The position numbers were made by a program, and so were the translations under genes. Source: Mobula hypostoma (Eukaryota). From it: 64,000 nt of DNA. The stretch covers positions 99,078,001-99,142,000 of the forward strand of contig NC_086097.1 of the NCBI RefSeq assembly GCF_963921235.1, in the 5' to 3' direction. Shown here one piece after another: positions 45,001-56,859 of this stretch (position 1 is the first letter of the stretch; the number at the start of each line of letters is the position of its first letter). Under the pieces are notes generated by a model. It had not been told where the DNA came from. It ran no database searches and saw nothing but the letters and a program-made list of their open reading frames with translations.

Positions 45001-48000
45001 GGTGAAGGTATGCAGCGCGTGGACAGAGGATGTGAGACAGGTGATGGTATGCAGCGTGTGGACAGATGGAGTGAGTCAGGTGAAGGTATGCAGTGCGTGG
45101 ACAGTGGAAGTGAGACAGGTGAAGGTATGCAGCGCATGGACAGGAGGAGAATGGGACAGGTGAAGGTATACAGCGCGTGAACAGGAGGAGAATGAGACAG
45201 GTGAAGGTATGCAGCACGTGGACAGAGGAAGTGAGACAGGTGAAGGTATGCAGCGCGTGGACAGAGGGAGTGAGACAGGTGAAGGTATGCAGCGCGTGGA
45301 CAGAGGGAGTGAGACAGGTGAAGGTATGCAGCGCGTGGACAGAGGGAGTGAGACAGGTGAAGGTATGCAGCGTGTGGACAGAGGAACTAAGTCAGGTGAA
45401 GGTATGCAGCGCGTGGACAGGAGGAGAATGAGACAGGTGAAGGTATGCAGCGCGTGCACAGAGGAACTAAGTCAGGTGAAGGTATGCAGCGCGTGGACAG
45501 GAGGAGAATGAGACAGGTGAAGGTATGCAGCGCGTGGACAGGAGGAGAATGAGACAGGTGAAGGTATGCAGCGCGTGGACAGGAGGAGAATGAGACAGGT
45601 GAAGGTATGCAGCGCGTGGACAGAGGGAGTGAGACAGGTGAAGGTATGCAGCGCGTGGACAGAGGGAGTGAGACAGGTGAAAGTGTGCAGCGTGTGAACA
45701 GGAGGAGAATGAGACAGGTGAAGGTATGCAGCGCGTGCACAGAGGAACTAAGTCAGGTGAAGGTATGCAGCGCGTGGACAGGAGGAGCATGAGACAGGTG
45801 AAGGTATGCAACGCGTGGACAGAGGGAGTGAGACAGGTGAAGGTATAGAGCGCGTGGACAGAGGAAGTGAGACAGGTGAAGGTATGCAGCGCGTGGACAG
45901 AGGGAGTGAGACAGGTGAAGGTATGCAGCGCGTGCACAGAGGAAGTGAGGCAGGTGAAGGTATGCAGCGCGTGGACAGATGGAGTGAGACAGGTGATGGT
46001 ATGCAGCGCGTGGACAGAGGGAGTGAGACAGGTGAAGGTATGCAGCGCATGGACAGGAGGAGAATGGGACAGGTGAAGGTATACAGCGCGTGAACAGGAG
46101 GAGAATGAGACAGGTGAAGGTATGCAGCGTGTGGACAGGAGGAGAATGAGACAGGTGAAGGTATGCAGCGCGTGGACAGGAGGAGAATGAGACAGGTGAA
46201 GGTATGTAGCGCGTAGACAGAGGAAGTGAGACAGGTGAAGGTATGCAGCGCGTGTACAGAGGGAGTGAGACAGGTGAAGGTATGCAGCGCGTGGACAGAG
46301 GGAGTGAGACAGGTGAAGGTATGCAACGCGTGGACAGAGGAAGTGAGACAGGTGAAGGTATGAAGCGCGTGGACAGAGCAAGTGAGTCAGGTGAAGGTAT
46401 GCAGCACGAGGATAGTAGGAGAATGAGACAGGTGAAGGTATGCAGCACGTGGATCGAGGAAGTGAGACAGGTGAAGGTATGCAGCGCGTGGACCGAGGAA
46501 GCGAGACAGGTGAAGGTATGCAGCGCGTGGACAGAGGAAGTGAGACAGGTGAAGGTATGCAGCGCGTGGACCGTGGGAGTGAGATAGGTGTAGGTATGCA
46601 GCGCGTGTACAGAGGAAGTGAGTCAGGTGATGGTATGCAGCGCGTGTACAGAGTGAGTGAGACAGGTGAAGGTATGCAGCGCGTGGACAGAGGGAGTGAG
46701 ACAGGTGAATGTATGCAGTGCGTGGACAGAGGGAGTGAGACAGGTGAAGGTATGCAGCGCGTGGACAGAGGAAGTGAGACAGGTGAAGGTATGCAGCGCG
46801 TGGACAGATGGAGTGAGACAGGTGAAGGTATGCAGCGCGTGGACAGAGGAAGTGAGTCAGGTGAAGGTATGCAGCGCGTGGACAGGAGGAGAATGAGACA
46901 GGTGAAGATATGCAGTGCATGGACAGAGGAAGTGAGACAGGTGAAGGTATGCAGCGCGTGGACAGGAAGAGAATGAGACAGGTGAAGGTATGCAGCGCGT
47001 GGACAGGAAAAGAATGAGACAGGTGAAGGTATGCAGCACGTGGACAGAGGAAGTGAGACAGGTGAAGTTATGCAGCGCGTGGACAGAGCGAGTGAGACAG
47101 GTGAAGGTATGCAGCGCGTGGACAGAGGGAGTGAGACAGGTGAAGGTATGCAGCGCGTGGACAGAGGGAGTGAGACAGGTGAAGGTATGCAGCGTGTGGA
47201 CAGGAGGAGAATGAGACAGGTGACGGTATGCAGCGCGTGCACAGAGCAACTAAGTCAGGTGAACGTATGCAGCGCGTGGACAGGAGGAGCATGAGACAGG
47301 TGAAGGTATGCAGCGCGTGGACAGAGGGAGTGAGACAGGTGAAGGTATACAGCGCGTGGACAGAGGAAGTGAGACAGGTGAAGGTATACAGCGCGTGGAG
47401 AGAGGGAGTGAGCCAGGTGAAGGTATGCAACGCGTGGACAGAGGAAGTGAGACAGGTGAAGGTATGAAGCGCGTGGACAGAGGGAGTGAGACAGGTGAAG
47501 GTATGCAACGCGTGGACAGAGGAAGTGAGACAGGTGAAGGTATACACCGCGTGGACAGGAGGAGAATGAGACAGGTGAAGGTATGCAGCGCGTGCACATA
47601 GGAAGTGAGTCAGCTGAAGGTATGCAGCGCGTGGACAGGAGGAGAAAGAGACAGGTGAAGATATGCAGTGCATGGACAGCGGAAGTGAGACAGGTGAAGG
47701 TATGCAGTGCGTGGACAGTGGAAGTGAGACAGGTGAAGGTATGCAGCGCATGGACAGGAGGAGAATGGGACAGGTGAAGGTATACAGCGTGTGAACAGGA
47801 GGAGAATGAGACAGGTGAAGGTATGCAGCACGTGGACAGAGGAAGTGAGACAGGTGAAGGTATGCAGCGCGTGGACAGAGGGAGTGAGACAGGTGAAGGT
47901 ATACAGCGCGTGGACAGAGGAAGTGAGACAGGTGAAGGTATACAGCGCGTGGACAGAGGGAGTGAGCCAGGTGAAGGTATGCAACGCGTGGACAGAGGAA

Positions 48001-51000
48001 GTGAGACAGGTGAAGGTATGAAGCGCGTGGACAGAGGGAGTGAGACAGGTGAAGGTATGCAACGCGTGGACAGAGGAAGTGAGACAGGTGAAGGTATACA
48101 CCGTGTGGACAGGAGGAGAATGAGACACGTGAAGGTATGCAGCGCGTGCACATAGGAAGTGAGTCAGGTGAAGGTATGCAGCGCGTGGACAGAGGATGTG
48201 AGACAGGTGATGGTATGCAGCGTGTGGACAGATGGAGTGAGTCAGGTGAAGGTATGCAGTGCGTGGACAGTGGAAGTGAGACAGGTGAAGGTATGCAGCG
48301 CATGGACAGGAGGAGAATGGGACAGGTGAAGGTATACAGCGCGTGAACAGGAGGAGAATGAGACAGGTGAAGGTATGCAGCACGTGGACAGAGGAAGTGA
48401 GACAGGTGAAGGTATGCAGCGCGTGGACAGAGGGAGTGAGACAGGTGAAGGTATGCAGCGCGTGGACAGAGGGAGTGAGACAGGTGAAGGTATGCAGCGC
48501 GTGGACAGAGGGAGTGAGACAGGTGAAGGTATGCAGCGTGTGGACAGAGGAACAAAGTCAGGTGAAGGTATGCAGCGCGTGGACAGGAGGAGAATGAGAC
48601 AGGTGAAGGTATGCAGCGCGTGCACAGAGGAACTAAGTCAGGTGAAGGTATGCAGCGCGTGGACAGGCGGAGAATGAGACAGGTGAAGGTATGCAGCGCG
48701 TGGACAGGAGGAGAATGAGACAGGTGAAGGTATGCAGCGCGTGGACAGGAGGAGAATGAGACAGGTGAAGGTATGCAGCGCGTGGACAGAGGGAGTGAGA
48801 CAGGTGAAGGTATGCAGCGCGTGGACAGAGGGAGTGAGACAGGTGAAGGTGTGCAGCGTGTGAACAGGAGGAGAATGAGACAGGTGAAGGTATGCAGCGC
48901 GTGCACAGAGGAACTAAGTCAGGTGAAGGTATGCAGCGCGTGGACAGGAGGAGCATGAGACAGGTGAAGGTATGCAACGCGTGGACAGAGGGAGTGAGAC
49001 AGGTAAAGGTATAGAGCGCGTGGACAGAGGAAGTGAGACAGGTGAAGGTATGCAGCGCGTGGACAGAGGGAGTGAGACAGGTGAAGGTATGCAGCGCGTG
49101 CACAGAGGAAGTGAGGCAGGTGAAGGTATGCAGCGCGTGGACAGGAGGAGAATGAGATAGGTGAAGTTGTGCAGCGCGTGGACAAAGGAAGCGAGACAGG
49201 TGAAGGTATGCAGCGCGTGGACAGAGGAAGTGAGACAGGTGATGGTATGCAGCGTGTGGACAGATGGAGTGAGACAGGTGAAGGTATGCAGTGCGTGGAC
49301 AGTGGAAGTGAGACAGGTGAAGGTATGCAGCGCATGGACAGGAGGAGAATGAGACAGGTGAAGGTATACAGCGCGTGAACAGGAGGAGAATGAGACAGGT
49401 GAAGGTATGCAGCGTGTGGACAGGAGGAGAATGAGACAGGTGAAGGTATGCAGCGCGTGGACAGGATTAGAATGAGACAGGTGAAGGTATGTAGCGCGTG
49501 GACAGAGGAAGTGAGACAGGTGAAGGTATGCAGCGCGTGTACAGAGGGAGTGAGACAGGTGAAGGTATGCAGCGCGTGGACAGAGGGAGTGAGACAGGTG
49601 AAGGTATGCAACGCGTGGACAGAGGAAGTGAGACAGGTGAAGGTATGAAGCGCGTGGACAGAGCAAGTGAGTCAGGTGAAGGTATGCAGCACGAGGACAG
49701 TAGGAGAATGAGACAGGTGAAGGTATGCAGCACGTGGATCGAGGAAGTGAGACAGGTGAAGGTATGCAGCGCGTGGACCGAGGAAGCGAGACAGGTGAAG
49801 GTATGCAGCGCGTGGACAGAGGAAGTGAGACAGGTGAAGGTATGCAGCGCGTGGACCGTGGGAGTGAGATAGGTGTAGGTATGCAGCGCGTGTACAGAGG
49901 AAGTGAGTCAGGTGATGGTATGCAGCGCGTGTACAGAGTGAGTGAGACAGGTGAAGGTATGCAGCGCGTGGACAGAGGGAGTGAGACAGGTGAATGTATG
50001 TAGTGCGTGGACAGAGGGAGTGAGACAGGTGAAGGTATGCAGCGCGTGGACAGAGGAAGTGAGACAGGTGAAGGTATGCAGCGCGTGGACAGATGGAGTG
50101 AGACAGGTGAAGGTATGCAGCGCGTGGACAGAGGAAGTGAGTCAGGTGAAGGTATGCAGCGCGTGGACAGGAGGAGAATGAGACAGTTGCAGGTATGCAG
50201 TGCGTGGACAGGAGGAGAATGAGACAGGTGAAGATATGCAGTGCATGGACAGAGGAAGTGAGACAGGTGAAGGTATGCAGCGCGTGGAAAGGAAGAGAAT
50301 GAGACAGGTGAAGGTATGCAGCGCGTGGACAGAGGGAGTGAGACAGGTGAAGGTATGCAGCGTGTGGACAGAGGAACTAAGTCAGGTGAAGGTATGCAGC
50401 GCGTGGACAGGAGGAGAATGAGACAGGTGAAGGTATGCAGCGCGTGCACAGAGGAACTAAGTCAGGTGAAGGTATGCAGCGCGTGGACAGGAGGAGAATG
50501 AGACAGGTGAAGGTATGCAACGCGTGGACAGGAGGAGAATGAGACAGGTGAAGGTATGCAGCGCGTGGACAGGAGGAGAATGAGACAGGTGAAGGTATGC
50601 AGCGCGTGGACAGAGGGAGTGAGACAGGTGAAGGTATGCAGCGCGTGGACAGAGGGAGTGAGACAGGTGAAGGTGTGCAGCGTGTGAACAGGAGGAGAAT
50701 GAGACAGGTGAAGGTATGCAGCGCGTGCACAGAGGAACTAAGTCAGGTGAAGGTATGCAGCGCGTGGACAGGAGGAGCATGAGACAGGTGAAGGTATGCA
50801 ACGCGTGGACAGAGGGAGTGAGACAGGTGAAGGTATAGAGCGCGTGGACAGAGGAAGTGAGACAGGTGAAGGTATGCAGCGCGTGGACAGAGGGAGTGAG
50901 ACAGGTGAAGGTATGCAGCGCGTGGACAGAGGAGGTGAGACAGGTGAAGGAATGCAGCGCGTGGACAGATGGAGTGAGACAGGTGAAGGTATGCAGCGCG

Positions 51001-54000
51001 TGCACAGAGGAAGTGAGGCAGGTGAAGGTATGCAGCGCGTGGACAGGAGGAGAAATGCAGCGCGTGGACAGGAGGAGAATGAGATAGGTGAAGGTGTGCA
51101 GCGCGTGGACAAAGGAAGCGAGACAGGTGAAGGTATGCAGCGCGTGGACAGAGGAAGTGAGACAGGTGATGGTATGCAGCGTGTGGACAGATGGAGTGAG
51201 ACAGGTGAAGGTATGCAGTGCGTGGACAGTGGAAGTGAGACAGGTGAAGGTATGCAGCGCATGGACGGGAGGAGAATGAGACAGGTGAAGGTATACAGCG
51301 CGTGAACAGGAGGAGAATGAGACAGGTGAAGGTATGCAGCGTGTGGACAGGAGGAGAATGAGACAGGTGAAGGTATGCAGCGCGTGGACAGGAGGAGAAT
51401 GAGACAGGTGAAGGTATGTAGCGCGTGGACAGAGGAAGTGAGACAGGTGAAGGTATGCAGCGCGTGTACAGAGGGAGTGAGACAGGTGAAGGTATGCAGC
51501 GCGTGGACAGAGGGAGTGAGACAGGTGAAGGTATGCAACGCGTGGACAGAGGAAGTGAGACAGGTGAAGGTATGAAGCGCGTGGACAGAGGGAGTGAGAC
51601 AGGTGAAGGTATACACCGTGTGGACAGGAGGAGAATGAGACAGGTGAAGGTATGCAGCGCATGGACAGGAGGAGAATGAGACAGGTGAAGGTATGCAGCA
51701 CGTGGACAGAGGAAGTGAGACAGGTGAAGGTATGCAGCGCGTGGACAGAGGGAGTGAGACAGTTGAAGGTATGCAGCGCGTTGACAGAGGGAGTGAGACA
51801 GGTGAAGGTATGCAGCGCGTGGACAGAGGGAGTGAGTCAGGTGAAGGTATGCAGCGTGTGGACAGGAGGAGGATGAGACAGGTGAAGGTATGCAGCGCGT
51901 GCACAGAGGAACTAAGTCAGGTGAAGGTATGCAGCGCGTGGACAGGAGGAGAATGAGACAGGTGAAGGTATACAGCGCGTGAACAGGAGGACAATGAGAC
52001 AGGTGAAGGTATGCAGCGTGTGGACAGGAGGAGAATGAGACAGGTGAACGTATGCAGCGCGCGGACAGAGGAAGTGAGACAGGTGAAGGTATGCAGCGCG
52101 TGTACAGAGGGAGTGAGACAGGTGAAGGTATGCAGCGCGTGGACAGAGGGAGTGAGACAGGTGAAGGATGCAGCGCGCGGACAGAGGAAGTGAGACAGGT
52201 GAAGGTATGCAGCGCGTGTACAGAGGGAGTGAGACAGGTGAAGGTATGCAGCGCGTGGACAGAGGGAGTGAGACAGGTGAAGGTATGCAACGCGTGGACA
52301 GAGGAAGTGAGACAGGTGAAGGTATGAAGCGCGTGGACAGAGGGAGTGAGACAGTTGAAGGTATACACCGTGTGGACAGGAGGAGAATGAGACAGGTGAA
52401 GGTATGCAGCGCGTGGACAGGAGGAGAATGAGACAGGTGAAGGTATGCAGCACGTGGACAGAGGAAGTGAGACAGGTGAAGGTATGCAGCGCGTGGACAG
52501 AGGGAGTGAGACAGTTGAACGTATGCAGCGCGTGGACAGAGGGAGTGAGACAGGTGAAGGTATGCAGCGCGTGGACAGAGGGAGTGAGACAGGTGAAGGT
52601 ATGCAGCGTGTGGACAGGAGGAGAATGAGACAGGTGAAGGTATGCAGCGCGTGCACAGTGGAAGTGAGTCAGGTGAAGGTATGCAGCGCGTGGACAGGAT
52701 GAGAATCAGACAGGTGAAGGTATGCAGTGCGTGGACAGAGGAAGCGAGACAGGTGAAGGTATGTAGCGCGTGGACAGAGGAAGCGAGACAGGTGAAGGTA
52801 TGCAGCGAGTGGACAGCAGGAGAATGAGGCAGGTGAAGGTATGCAGTGCATGGACAGAGGAAGGGAGACAGGTGAAGGTATGCAGAGGGTGGACAGAGGG
52901 AGTGAGAGAGGTGAAGGTATACAGCGAGTGGGCAGCAGGAGAATAAGGCAGGTGAGGTGTGCAGCAAGTGGACAGAGGGCGTGAGACAGGTGAGGTTATG
53001 CAGCGAGTGGACAGGAGGAGAATGAGACAGGTGAAGGTATGCAGCGCGTGGACAGAGGAAGTGAGACAGGTGAAGGTATGCAGTGCGTGGACAGAGGAAG
53101 TGAGACAGGTGAAGGTATGCAGTGCGTGGACAGGAGGAGAATGAGACAGGTGAAGGTATGCAGTGCGTGGACAGAGGGAGTGAGACAGGTGAAGGTATGC
53201 AGCGCGTGGACAGAGGAAGTGAGACAGGTGAAGGTATGCAGCGCGTGGACAGAGGGAGTGAGAAAGGTGAAGGTATGCAGCGCGTGGACAGAGGGAGTGA
53301 GACAGTTGAAGGTATGCAGCTCGTAGACAGAGGAGGTGAGACAGGTGAAGGTATGCAGCGCGTGGACCGAGGGAGTGAGCAGCTGAAGGTATGCAGCGCA
53401 TGGACAGTAGGAGAATGAGACAGGTGATGGTATGCAGCATGTGGACAGAGGGAGTGAGACAGGTGAAGGTATGCAGCGAGTGTACAGGAGGAGAATGAGA
53501 CAGGTGAAGGTATGCAGCGCGTGGACAGGAGGAGAGTGAGACAGGTGAAGGAATGCAGCGCGTGGACAGAGGAAGTGAGACAGGTGAAGGTATGCAGCGC
53601 GTGGACAGGAGGAGAATGAGACAGGTGAAGGTATGCAGCACGTGGACAGAGGAAGTGAGACAGGTGAAGGTATGCAGCGAGTGGACAGAGGAAGTGAGAC
53701 AGGTGAAGGTATGCAGCGCGTGGACAGAGGAAATGAGACAGGTGAAGGTATGCAGCGCGTGGACAGAAGAAGTGAGACAGGTGAAGGTATGCAGCGCGTG
53801 CACAGAGGAAGTGAGTCAGGTGAAGATATGCAGCGCCTGGACAGGAGGAGAATGAGACAGGTGAAGGTATGTAGCGCGTGGATAGAGGATGTGAGACAGG
53901 TGAAGGTATGCAGCGTGTGGACAGAGGAAGTGAGTCAGGTAAGGGTATGCAGCGGGTGGACAGGAAGAGAATCAGACAGGTGAAGGTATGCAGCGCGTGG

Positions 54001-56748
54001 ACAGAGGAAGTGAGACAGGTGAAGGTATGCAGCACGTGGACAGAGGAAGTGAGACAGGTGAAGGTATGCAGCGCTTGGACAGGAGGAGAATGAGACAGGT
54101 GAAGGTATGCAGCGCGTGGACAGGAGGGGAATGAGACAGGTGAAGGTATGCAGCACGTGGACAGAGGAAGTGAGACAGGTGAAGGTATGCAGCGCTTGGA
54201 CAGGAGGAGAATGAGACAGGTGAAGGTATGCAGCGCGTGGACAGGAGGGGAATGAGACAGGTGAAGGTATGCAGCGCGTGGACAGAGAAAGTGAGACAGG
54301 TGAAGGTATACAGTGCGTGGACAGAGGAAGTGAGACAGGTGAAGGTATGCAGCACGTGAACAGAGGAAGTGAGACAGGTGAAGGTATACAGTGCGTGGAC
54401 AGAGGAAGTGAGACAGGTGAAGGTATGCAGCGCGTGGACAGAGGAAGTGAGACAGGTGAAGGTATGCAGCGCGTCGACAGAGGATGTGAGACAGGTGAAG
54501 GTATGCAGCGCGTGGACAGAGGAAGTGAGACAGGTGAAGGTATGCAGCGCATGGACAGTAGGAGAATGAGACAGGTGAAGGTATGCAGCGCGTGGACCGA
54601 GGGAGTGAGCAGCTGAAGGTATGCAGCGCATGGACAGTAGGAGAATGAGACAGGTGATGGTATGCAGCATGTGGACAGAGGGAGTGAGACAGGTGAAGGT
54701 ATGCAACGAGTGTACAGGAGGAGAATGAGACAGGTGAAGGTATGCAGCGCGTGGACAGGAGGAGAATGAGACAGGTGAAGGAATGCAGCGCCTGGACAGA
54801 GGAAGTGAGACAGGTGAAGGTATGCAGCGCGTGGACAGGAGGAGAATGAGACAGGTGAAGGTATGCAGTGCGTGGACAGAGGAAGTGAGACAGGTGAAGG
54901 TATGCAGCGAGTGGACAGAGGAAGTGAGACAGGTGAAGGTATGCAGCGCGTGGACAGAGGAAATGAGACAGGTGAAGGTGTGCAGCGCGTGGACAGATGA
55001 AGTGAGACAGGTGAAGGTATGCAGCGCGTGGACAGAGGAAATGAGACAGGTGAACGTATGCAGCGCGTGGACAGAAGAAGTGAGACAGGTGAAGGTATGC
55101 AGCGCGTGCACAGAGGAAGTGAGTCAGGTGAAGATATGCAGCGCGTGGACAGGAGGAGAATGAGACAGGTGAAGGTATGTAGCGCGTGGATAGAGGATGT
55201 GAGACAGGTGAAGGTATGCAGCGTGTGGACAGAGGAAGTGAGTCAGGTGAAGGTATGCAGCGGGTGGACAGGAGGAGAATCAGACAGGTGAAGGTATGCA
55301 GCGCGTGGACAGAGGAAGTGAGACAGGTGAAGGTATGCAGCACGTGGACAGAGGAAGTGAGACAGGTGAAGGTATGCAGCGCTTGGACAGGAGGAGAATG
55401 AGACAGGTGAAGGTATGCAGCGCGTGGACAGGAGGGGAATGAGACAGGTGAAGGTATGCAGCGCGTGGACAGAGAAAGTGAGACAGGTGAAGGTATGCAG
55501 CACGTGGACAAGAGGAGAATGAGACAGGTGAAGGTATGCAGCGCGTGGACAGGAGGAGAATGAGACAGGTGAAGGTATGCAGCGAGTGGACAGAGAAAGT
55601 GAGACAGGTGAAGGTATACAGTGCGTGGACAGAGGAAGTGAGACAGGTGAAGGTATGCAGCACGTGAACAGAGGAAGTGAGACAGGTGAAGGTATGCAGC
55701 GCGTAGACAGAGGAAGTGAGACAGTTGAAGGTATGCAGCGCGTCGACAGAGGATGTGAGACAGGTGAAGATATGCAGCGCGTGGACCGAGGAAGTGAGAC
55801 AGGTGAAGGTATACAGTGCGTGGACAGAGGAAGTGAGACAGGTGAAGGTATGCAGCGCGTCGACAGAGGATGTGAGAGAGGTGAAGGTATGCAGCGCGTG
55901 GACAGAGGAAGTGAGACAGGTGAAGGTATGCAGCGCATGGACAGTAGGAGAATGAGACAGGTGATGGTATGCAGCATGTCGACAGAGGGAGTGAGACAGG
56001 TGAAGGTATGCAGCGAGTGTACAGGAGGAGAATGAGACAGGTGAAGGTATGCAGCGCGTGGACAGAGGAAGTGAGACAGGTGAAGGTATGCAGCACGTGA
56101 ACAGAGGATGTGAGACAGGTGAAGGTATGCAGCGCGTGGACAGAGGAAGTGAGACAGGTGAAGGTATGCAGCGCGTCGACAGAGGATGTGAGACAGGTGA
56201 AGATATGCAGCGCGTGGACAGAGGAAGTGAGACAGGTGAAGGTATGCAGCGCGTGGACAGGAGGCGAACGAGACAGGTGAAGGTATGCAGCGCGTGGATA
56301 GGAGGAGAATGAGACAGGTGAAGGTATGCAGCGCGTGGATAGGAGGAGAATGAGACAGGTGAAGGTATACAGCGCGTGGACAGAGGAAGTGAGACAGGTG
56401 AAGGTATGCAGCACGTGGACAGAGGAAGTGAGACAGGTGAAGGTATGCAGCGCGTGGACAGGAGGAGAATGAGACAGGTGAAGGTATGCAGCGCGTGTAC
56501 AGGAGGAGAATGAGACAGGTGAAGGTATGCAGCGCTTGGACAGGAGGAGAATGAGACAGGTGAAGGTATGCAGCGCGTGGACAGAGGGAGTGAGACAGGT
56601 GAAGGTATGCAGCGCGTGGACAGGAGGAGAATGAGACAGATGAAGGTATGTCGCGAGTGGACAGAGGAAGTGAGACAGGTGAAGGTATGCAGCGTGTGGA
56701 CAGAGGATGTGAGACAGGTGAAGGTATGTAGCGGGTGGACAGAGGGAG
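1..56748. repeat. Giant tandem minisatellite array of 39-bp and 41-bp units (~1,400 copies), continuing beyond the left edge of the window
   Basis: Direct reading: core TGAGACAGGTGAAGGTATGCAGCGCGTGGACAG followed by AGGAAG, AGGGAG or GAGGAGAA, repeated head-to-tail in one orientation with no foreign insertion seen. The last unit ends ...GCGGGTGGACAGAGGGAG at ~56748. Copy number is estimated as length divided by ~39.6. Confidence 0.99.
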
Positions 56749-56859
56749 AGTGGTGGGATGGGTGGAATCAAGGCAGGCATGCTGTGGAACTGAGATCAAG
56801 CGGAGGGCAAATTCACGAGTATTGACGGAAGGAGGGGTAATATGGAAGGCAGTCATGAG

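Noticed and set aside
1..56748. CRISPR array (33-bp constant repeat with variable part)
   Set aside because: The variable parts are only 6-8 bp and drawn from a few recurring types rather than unique spacers. There are no cas genes and the context is eukaryotic with spliced exons.
1..56748. Tandem array of micro-exons on + (ACAG|GTGAAG|GTATGC)
   Set aside because: AG and a donor-like GTATGC are present, but the upstream sequence is purine-rich with no pyrimidine tract, the implied introns (~33-35 bp) are too short for vertebrates, and the host gene is on the other strand.
1..56748. Centromeric or telomeric satellite, or immunoglobulin switch region
   Set aside because: There is no TTAGGG, no AGCT/GAGCT density and no Ig gene context. 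Centromere function cannot be judged from sequence alone, and the array abuts a normal gene.
5..56825. Plus-strand 13-aa repeat ORFs (MQRVDRGSETGEG / VRQVKVCSAWTEE) as a repetitive protein
   Set aside because: The 39-bp unit is in frame, but frequent 41-bp units shift the frame and lead to TGA stops every few units. There is no sign of selection for coding.
937..56856. Very long minus-strand ORFs (up to 1778 aa; HALHTFTCL / STRCIPSPVSLPL / CPRAAYLHLSH)
   Set aside because: The consensus lacks TTA, CTA and TCA on +, so all three minus frames are open by default. Overlapping ORFs occur in all frames, drift between the three peptides at each 41-bp unit, and show no domain, start context or frame preservation.
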